This document shows positions 57,754-64,000 of a stretch of DNA of 64,000 bases, in pieces (the first letter of the stretch is position 1; every line of letters begins with the position of its first letter). This DNA is from Hespellia sp. (GTDB lineage: Bacteria; Bacillota; Clostridia; Lachnospirales; Lachnospiraceae). Below the pieces are notes generated by a model that was not told the DNA's origin, did not search any database, and saw only the letters and a list, made by a program, of their open reading frames with translations. The translations under genes and the position numbers were made by a program. The stretch is from contig JAAVXR010000017.1 of assembly GCA_022790755.1 (NCBI GenBank), positions 7,984 through 71,983 on the forward strand, in the 5' to 3' direction.

Positions 57754-59451
57754 TTAAAGGTTTCGATATCGGTTTATGCAGGCAAAAATTTCCTGTTTTC
57801 TGGGACTGGCGAGATTCGATTTTGCATAATCGCATTCCAGTAGAGCCGCCAGTCCTTTTTGTTGGATGAGATTTGACAATGTATTCACCACCTGTTGCAG
57901 GGTGCTTTTCCCATTGAACAGATGAGTTTCGGCGTACAGCAGACAATAAGCCAGCGCTGTGGTCTGTTCTGAATCCATCAACTGTTCCACATATCGAAGA
58001 TCGACGGTGTCTCGATTGATGGAAAAGGCGTCTTTGCTGAGCGTTTTCAGTTTGATGCGTCCCCGGTCTGCCCCCAGGCGCGCCGGCTTCATGATGCGTG
58101 AAAAGGTCGGATTCTTCGCGGGAGCTTCGGGAAGCTTGATTTCCGGGAAATCTTTGGCGGCGTCTTTTGCGGAGCCGGTGATTTCGAGAGGGACGTATCG
58201 GTCCATCTGGATGATATGGTCGGCCATCTGGAAATAAGCTCCTGAACTTCCGGCTACAATCACAGAAGAAATTCCACAGGTTTCGTAGAGATATCGAACG
58301 CGCTCGATAAACGGAGTGATTGGTTCCTTGTCCCGATGTACGACCCTCTGCATCAGCTCGTCCCGAATCATAAAATTTGTAGCACTGGTGTCTTCGTCGA
58401 TCAGGAAGGTATGTGTTCCGGCTTCCATGCTTTCTACAATGTTTGCCGCCTGAGATGTGCTTCCGCTTGCATCTTCCGTGGAAAAAGCGATGGTATCTTT
58501 ACCATTTGGCAGGTCATTGATAAAAAGAGAAATGTCTGTATGATAGATGCTGCGTCCGTCCTCCGCGCGGATTTTCATGGCGGAATCTTCCGTAATCACG
58601 TACTCCCGGCCGTCCCCGGAAATGTGATTATACACGCCCGTCTCCAGCGCTTTCAGAAGTGTGGATTTTCCATGATATCCACCGCCGACAATCAAAGTGA
58701 TGCCGTTTGGTATGCCGAGTCCTTGGATGGGTCCCCGGTTGGGCAGCTCCAAGGTGATTTCTATGGAAGAAGGCGATTGAAAAGGGATGGCGTTTCGCAT
58801 CGGACGATGAGAGATACCGCTTTCTCTGGGCAAAATAGAACCATTTGCTATAAATGCGCAAAGATGCATCTTCGGAAGTTGTTCCCGAATATATTGCTGA
58901 TCTTCTGCAAGCTGAATGACTTCCTGGATCTTCTTATGATTGAGCTTCGGATAATAGAAAGACGCATGAATGGCGTCTGGCAGAAAATCAAAAAGAATTC
59001 GGATCAATTCTCGGGAATTGATGGTACGTCCGTTAGCGGGAAATCCAATTTCCATGCAGATCTTGAGATCGCCATTTTGCGGTTGTATAGTACAGGCGGT
59101 GCGCTCCAGAATCTCTTGTCCGCAACGGCTGACAGAGATCAAACCGCTTTTTCCGGAACCTTTGGCTTTGAACGTATATGGCTCCAAAGCTCTGGAAAAC
59201 TGACGCAGAAGATGATCTTGCAGGGCGATTCGCTTGTGTGGCTGGTTGTAGAGTGTTGCGGGGAGCCGATTTTGCTTTCCGGAAATGATTGCGCTGACCT
59301 TGGAGGGGGAGGCAAAGGGATCTCCTTGTACATGGTCGATCGACAGAATATAGTCCCCAAAAGAATATTCTCCACGGGTTCCTTTGTATGCGGGATAACC
59401 TTTATGATCAATACTATTTAAAAGTGTTCGTAAGTCGTTGGATGATTTCAT
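57754..59451 (-). CDS. ABC-class ATPase (ABC_ATPase family)
   Basis: DHVQGDPFASPS, GGGYHGKSTLL, IRAEDGR, ASGSTSQA, LIDEDTSATN. Confidence 0.85.
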   Translation of the reverse strand: MKSSNDLRTLLNSIDHKGYPAYKGTRGEYSFGDYILSIDHVQGDPFASPSKVSAIISGKQNRLPATLYNQPHKRIALQDHLLRQFSRALEPYTFKAKGSGKSGLISVSRCGQEILERTACTIQPQNGDLKICMEIGFPANGRTINSRELIRILFDFLPDAIHASFYYPKLNHKKIQEVIQLAEDQQYIREQLPKMHLCAFIANGSILPRESGISHRPMRNAIPFQSPSSIEITLELPNRGPIQGLGIPNGITLIVGGGYHGKSTLLKALETGVYNHISGDGREYVITEDSAMKIRAEDGRSIYHTDISLFINDLPNGKDTIAFSTEDASGSTSQAANIVESMEAGTHTFLIDEDTSATNFMIRDELMQRVVHRDKEPITPFIERVRYLYETCGISSVIVAGSSGAYFQMADHIIQMDRYVPLEITGSAKDAAKDFPEIKLPEAPAKNPTFSRIMKPARLGADRGRIKLKTLSKDAFSINRDTVDLRYVEQLMDSEQTTALAYCLLYAETHLFNGKSTLQQVVNTLSNLIQQKGLAALLECDYAKSNLASPRKQEIFACINRYRNL

Positions 59452-59534
59452 AGAGCTCGTTCCTTTCTGAATTTTTTGTTGGTAATATGGTAAATCGTTT
59501 TAGAAAGACTGTCAAGATAAGTAAAATTTTTTTC

Positions 59535-59563
59535 TTGACAGACGGTATTCATCCTGCTATAAT
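59535..59563 (+). promoter_or_regulatory. Consensus sigma-A promoter of the rib operon
   Basis: TTGACA-N17-TATAAT. Confidence 0.9.
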
Positions 59564-59583
59564 TTTTAACAATTGAACAAGAG

Positions 59584-59690
59584 ATCTTCAGGGCAGGGTG
59601 CAATTCCCTACCGGCGGTAAAGCCCGCGAGCCGAAAGGCATGATCCGGTGAGATTCCGGGGCCGACAGTATAGTCTGGATGGAAGAAGAT
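59584..59690 (+). ncRNA. FMN riboswitch (RFN element)
   Basis: ATCTTCAGGGCAGGGTG.AATTCCC.ACCGGCGGT...AGCCCGCGA...GCCGACAGT..AGTCTGGATGG.AGAAGAT upstream of ribD. Confidence 0.97.
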
Positions 59691-59730
59691 AATACGCTGT
59701 GTAATTGCGTACATAACACATGTATAGGTT

Positions 59731-59768
59731 GCTCTGAGATGGATTCCCATTTCAGAGTTTTTGTTTTA
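59731..59768 (+). terminator. Riboswitch expression-platform terminator
   Basis: GCTCTGAGATGG-attc-CCATTTCAGAGT followed by a T-rich tail. Confidence 0.85.
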
Positions 59769-59909
59769 TGAAGATTTGGAGAACTGGTGGAATCTGGTTC
59801 TTTGAATGACGTGTTTGAAGTGCGATAGGTTACAGAAAGGTAAAGCCCTGTGGAATTTGTCTGCAGGGCTTTTATTGATAAAGACGATAAAACAGGAGGC
59901 AAAGAAGGG

Positions 59910-60995
59910 ATGACGGATAAAGAATATATGGAACGGGCGATTATGCTTGCGAAAAAGGGGGAGGGATGGACCAACCCGAATCCGATGGTGGGAGCGGTGA
60001 TTGTGAAAAACGGCAGAATCATTGGAGAAGGGTTTCATGCAAAATGCGGAGAGCTACACGCGGAGCGCAATGCAATCGCTTCGCTTCAGGAATCTGCAGA
60101 GGGGGCGACGCTCTATGTGACATTGGAACCGTGTTGCCATTATGGGAGGACACCGCCTTGTACGGAAGCAATTCTGGAGCAGAAAATTACGCGGGTGGTG
60201 ATTGGTTCCAGAGATCCGAACCCGAAAGTAGCCGGAAAGGGCGCTGAAATTTTGCGAAAAGCCGGTGTGCAGGTGGAAGAGGATTTTATGCGGGAAGCGT
60301 GCGATCGGCTGAATCCAGTCTTTTTCCATTACATAACGACGGGAACTCCCTATGTGGTCATGAAATATGCGATGACGGCGGACGGCAAGATCGCAACGAA
60401 AACGGGTGCTTCCAAATGGATCACGGATGTGAAAGCTAGGGAAGAAGTTCAGAGAATGCGCCATCGTTATATGGGGATTATGGCTGGGATTGGGACGGTA
60501 CTGGCGGATGATCCGCTTTTGACGGTTCGGCTGGAAGGAAAGAAAAGTCCGGTGCGCATACTATGTGACAGTCATCTGAGAATTCCATTGAATAGTCAAA
60601 TTTGTCAGACTGCAGGGACGTACCGAACAATTGTTGCCTGTGCAGAAGAAGATCCTCAAAAAGAAGCCACTCTGAAACAGATGGGAATTCAAGTGGTTCA
60701 TGTTCCAGACGGACAGGGGGGAGTGGATTTGCGGGCATTGATGCAATTTCTGGGTGAATCCGGAGTGGATAGTATTCTTCTGGAAGGTGGTGGAACGTTG
60801 AACGACAGCGCATTGCGGGCTGGAATCGTACAGAAGGTCATGGCGTTTGTGGCTCCTAAGATCTTCGGAGGCGATATGGCGAAAACGCCGGTAGCAGGTG
60901 TGGGAGTGGAAGAACCCGCGGATGCTGTCATGTTGAGACTAAACCATATCCAACAATTTGGAAATGATCTGTTACTGGAATATGAAACGAGGTGA
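59910..60995 (+). CDS. ribD: Riboflavin biosynthesis deaminase/reductase
   Basis: PNPMVGA, HAE, TLEPCCH..TPPC, LEGGG. Confidence 0.97.
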   Translation: MTDKEYMERAIMLAKKGEGWTNPNPMVGAVIVKNGRIIGEGFHAKCGELHAERNAIASLQESAEGATLYVTLEPCCHYGRTPPCTEAILEQKITRVVIGSRDPNPKVAGKGAEILRKAGVQVEEDFMREACDRLNPVFFHYITTGTPYVVMKYAMTADGKIATKTGASKWITDVKAREEVQRMRHRYMGIMAGIGTVLADDPLLTVRLEGKKSPVRILCDSHLRIPLNSQICQTAGTYRTIVACAEEDPQKEATLKQMGIQVVHVPDGQGGVDLRALMQFLGESGVDSILLEGGGTLNDSALRAGIVQKVMAFVAPKIFGGDMAKTPVAGVGVEEPADAVMLRLNHIQQFGNDLLLEYETR

Positions 60996-61001
60996 ATCAT
61001 T

Positions 61002-61658
61002 ATGTTTACTGGAATTGTGGAAGAAATAGGAATCATAAAACGGATCACGCTGAATGGTTCTTCCGGACAGCTTGCGGTGCGGGCGGGAAAAGTATTGGAA
61101 GGGACCAAGGTCGGAGATAGTATTGCGGTAAATGGTATCTGCCTGACGGTGATTTCACTACAGGCGGACGGGTTTACAGCGGATGTGATGGCGGAGACGG
61201 TGCGCAGGAGCAGTTTGAAAAACTGCCGGATCGGGGACGCTGTGAATCTGGAACGTGCTATGGCTGCGGATGGTAGGTTTGGCGGTCACATGGTCTCAGG
61301 ACATATCGACGGAACCGGGGTCATTTTGTCCTACAACAGAGAAGAAAATGCAGTCTGGGTGACGATAGGGGCTAATGCAGAAATACTGGAGCTGATCGTG
61401 GAGAAAGGTTCTGTTTGTATTGATGGAATCAGTTTGACCGTGGCGCAGGTGAATGAAAGTGCATTTCAGGTGTCCGTCATTCCTCATACGGGCGAGGAGA
61501 CGACTCTTCTGAAGAAGAAGCTTGGAGACACGGTGAACCTGGAGAATGATGTCATAGGAAAATATGTCAGAAAGTTACTTGGCAGAGAAAAAAACCAGGG
61601 AGAGTCGGTGGTATCATCGAAACTTACGATGGATTTTTTAAAAGAATGCGGAATATGA
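61002..61658 (+). CDS. ribE: Riboflavin synthase
   Basis: [26 protein letters not shown]. Confidence 0.97.
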   Translation: MFTGIVEEIGIIKRITLNGSSGQLAVRAGKVLEGTKVGDSIAVNGICLTVISLQADGFTADVMAETVRRSSLKNCRIGDAVNLERAMAADGRFGGHMVSGHIDGTGVILSYNREENAVWVTIGANAEILELIVEKGSVCIDGISLTVAQVNESAFQVSVIPHTGEETTLLKKKLGDTVNLENDVIGKYVRKLLGREKNQGESVVSSKLTMDFLKECGI

Positions 61659-61669
61659 GGAGGCAGAAG

Positions 61670-62881
61670 ATGGATCAACAATATCATACAATTGAGGAAG
61701 CTTTGGAAGAATTACGGGCGGGAAAGATCATTCTGGTGACAGATGATCCGGACCGGGAAAATGAAGGGGATATGATTTGCGCCGCGGAATTTGCGACACA
61801 AGAAAATATTAATTTTATGGCGCGTCATGCCAGAGGTTTGATTTGTACGCCGATGAGTAAAGCGGTAGCAAATAAATTGGGACTGCCACAGATGGTGTCA
61901 GAAAATACCGACAATCACAGTACGGCGTTTACGGTGTCGATCGACCATGTGGATACCGACACGGGAATATCAGCCGCAGAGAGGGCATATACGATGATGA
62001 AGTGCGTTGCCGACGATACAAAGCCGGAACACCTGCGGCGTCCAGGGCACGTATTTCCATTGGTTTCCAGGGCCGGCGGCGTCCTGGTGCGAAATGGACA
62101 TACGGAGGCGACGGTCGATCTGATGCGTCTGGCAGGACTAAAAGAGTGCGGGGTTTGCTGTGAAATTATGGAAGAAGACGGGACGATGATGCGTACCCCG
62201 AATCTTTGGAAGTTGGCCGAAAAACATCATTTGAAATTTATCACGATTCAAGATTTGCAGGACTATTGTAGACTCCATGAAAAGCATGTAGTTCAGGAAG
62301 CCTGCGCGAACATGCCGACAAAATACGGAGATTTCAAGATATATGGTTATGTCAATGATATTACTGGTGAACATCATGTGGCGTTGGTGAAAGGAGATAT
62401 CGGCGATGGTGAAAATGTATTGTGCCGGGTGCATTCCGAATGTCTGACCGGAGATACCTTTGGGTCTGCGAGATGTGATTGCGGAGAACAGCTTAAGCAA
62501 GCAATGATACAAGTGGAAAACGAGGGTCGGGGAATTGTACTGTATATGAGACAGGAAGGCCGGGGGATCGGTCTGATCAATAAGTTGAAAGCCTATCAGC
62601 TACAGGAGCAGGGACTGGATACGGTGGAAGCAAACGTGAAACTCGGGTTTGCTCCGGACTTGCGGGAGTATTGGGTAGGCGCACAGATCCTATCCGATCT
62701 GGGTGTGAAATCGCTGCGGTTATTAACGAATAATCCGGATAAAGTATATGGGCTTGGCGGCTTCGGCCTGATGATTCGGGAACGGGTTCCGATTGAGATA
62801 TCACCGCAAAAGCACGATATCATTTATCTGCGGACGAAGCAGGAAAAAATGGGGCATATTTTTAATAAGATACAACTATAA
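61670..62881 (+). CDS. ribBA: DHBP synthase / GTP cyclohydrolase II
   Basis: [38 protein letters not shown]. Confidence 0.97.
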   Translation: MDQQYHTIEEALEELRAGKIILVTDDPDRENEGDMICAAEFATQENINFMARHARGLICTPMSKAVANKLGLPQMVSENTDNHSTAFTVSIDHVDTDTGISAAERAYTMMKCVADDTKPEHLRRPGHVFPLVSRAGGVLVRNGHTEATVDLMRLAGLKECGVCCEIMEEDGTMMRTPNLWKLAEKHHLKFITIQDLQDYCRLHEKHVVQEACANMPTKYGDFKIYGYVNDITGEHHVALVKGDIGDGENVLCRVHSECLTGDTFGSARCDCGEQLKQAMIQVENEGRGIVLYMRQEGRGIGLINKLKAYQLQEQGLDTVEANVKLGFAPDLREYWVGAQILSDLGVKSLRLLTNNPDKVYGLGGFGLMIRERVPIEISPQKHDIIYLRTKQEKMGHIFNKIQL

Positions 62882-62889
62882 AATTTTAA

Positions 62890-63105
62890 TAGACAATTGT
62901 GAAACATTAAGCTGTGAGAATATTCTGACCATATATTCCGTTCAAATCCAACTGCGCCAGACATTACATCAAGCCCAGCAGGACAGAAGACAGTCGGGGA
63001 GCGGCCCTCCTGTCTTCTATGGTCTTGATTCCATGGCGCAAAATGGATTTTCACAGAATATATGGTCAGAATATTCGGCAAGTTTATTGGTTTCGCAAAC
63101 TAAAA
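62890..63105 (+). mobile_element. 216-bp palindromic MITE-like element, copy 2 (between ribBA and ribH)
   Basis: Collinear with copy 1 (no indels); perfect 21-bp IR GAATATTCTGACCATATATTC / GAATATATGGTCAGAATATTC; right TIR degraded and no clean TSD. Confidence 0.85.
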
Positions 63106-63134
63106 AAATTAAAAAGAAGAGAGGAGAAAGAGCA

Positions 63135-63608
63135 ATGAAAGAAATTCAGGTATTGGAAGGAAAAGTTGTAGCAAAGGAAGGATTGAAGGTTGGAATCGTT
63201 GCCGCCAGATTTAATGAGATTATTGTCAATAAATTGGTGGGCGGAGCCGTGGACGGGCTGGTTCGGCATGGTGTTGAGGAGGATAATATCACGGCAGCCT
63301 GGGTACCTGGGGCATTTGAGATACCGGTTGCAGCTGCTAAAATGGCCAAGTCTGGAAAATATGATGTGGTAATCTGTGTGGGTGCCGTGATTCGTGGCGA
63401 TACTTCGCATTATGATTATGTCTGCAACGAGGCATCAAAAGGTATTGCACAGATAAGTCTATCAACGGGAGTGCCGGTGATGTTTGGAATTTTGACAACA
63501 GAGAATATTGAACAGGCGATTGCGCGCGCTGGAAGCAAAGCTGGAAACAAGGGTTATGACTGCGCGCTGGGCGCAATCGAAATGGTGAATCTGCTGGAAC
63601 AGATGTAG
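63135..63608 (+). CDS. ribH: 6,7-dimethyl-8-ribityllumazine synthase
   Basis: [27 protein letters not shown]; start moved to ATG 63135 after GAGGAG. Confidence 0.97.
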   Translation: MKEIQVLEGKVVAKEGLKVGIVAARFNEIIVNKLVGGAVDGLVRHGVEEDNITAAWVPGAFEIPVAAAKMAKSGKYDVVICVGAVIRGDTSHYDYVCNEASKGIAQISLSTGVPVMFGILTTENIEQAIARAGSKAGNKGYDCALGAIEMVNLLEQM

Positions 63609-63778
63609 AGTGAGTTGTTACGTTTCATATCGGAGCCAGTATACGTGATTGAATTTGAATAATTTTTAAGTAAAAGCAGATATCACAGGTGACTTAAATT
63701 CGTTGTGAGAATTGGCGAAAGGGATTGTAAGAATGTAAGACAGAGGATATAATAAGTATAAATGAAGGTGGTGATCAG

Positions 63779-64000
63779 ATGGCAGTAGAAGAGATACAGC
63801 AAAATATCAAAAAAATCGAGCAGATTATAGATGATATGAATTTGTTTGATGATGATTTGATGTCTATGGTTTTTGATGCCAATATCTCTGCTACGGAGCT
63901 TCTGTTGAGAACTATCTTGAAACGGGACGATATTGCAGTAATAAGCGTTGTTGGACAACGAGAATTTCAAAGCCCTGTTGTGAGTGGCCGTGACATTCGT
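63779..64000 (+). CDS. Rpn / PD-(D/E)XK nuclease-transposase family protein (3'-truncated by window)
   Basis: Not in the ORF track. Translates as MAVEEIQQ...LFDDDLMSMVFD...LLLRTIL...GQREF...GRDIR, resembling the Rpn N-terminus; RBS AAGGTGG. Confidence 0.65.
   Translation, partial: MAVEEIQQNIKKIEQIIDDMNLFDDDLMSMVFDANISATELLLRTILKRDDIAVISVVGQREFQSPVVSGRDIR

Noticed and set aside
62793-63134. 114-aa N-terminal extension of RibH
   Set aside because: Runs through the repeat; a good RBS and ATG at 63135 give a normal-length RibH.

Overview
A 64-kb chromosomal window from a low-GC Firmicute. Gene content and order suggest a gut Lachnospiraceae-type clostridium (inference). Left to right: (1) the 3' part of an AT-rich surface-glycan locus with 13 genes (two radical SAM enzymes, TupA-like ATP-grasp, GT2/GT4/DUF616/RgpF/WbsX/DUF4422 transferases, a methyltransferase), in which 12 of 13 proteins carry the same ~100-aa Rossmann-like accessory domain; (2) DUF4867 + GH5 lipoprotein; (3) a ROK-regulated sugar ABC operon with an unclassified glycosidase-like gene; (4) a kinase-less Spo0A_C / FapA / CheX / CheY module preceded by tandem 0A-like boxes; (5) an esterase / acyltransferase / thioesterase cluster; (6) gatCAB, a ChW-repeat transglutaminase-like surface protein, peptidase E and CIRCE-controlled htpG; (7) an SGNH-DUF4358-MBOAT-DHHW O-acylation cluster whose MBOAT has Tyr at the usual catalytic His; (8) ligA, trxA, clpX, a Csp-like protease, nudC, an FMN-riboswitch rib operon and the start of an Rpn-type nuclease. 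The strongest non-coding signal is a palindromic MITE-like family: two 216-bp copies with compensatory base changes, one 65-bp copy equal to the long form minus exactly the 151 bp between two GAATATTC sites, and a solo left end. Two copies are flanked by 11-bp target-site-like duplications. No rRNA, tRNA or CRISPR array was seen. All family calls come from motif recognition by eye, not from database searches.
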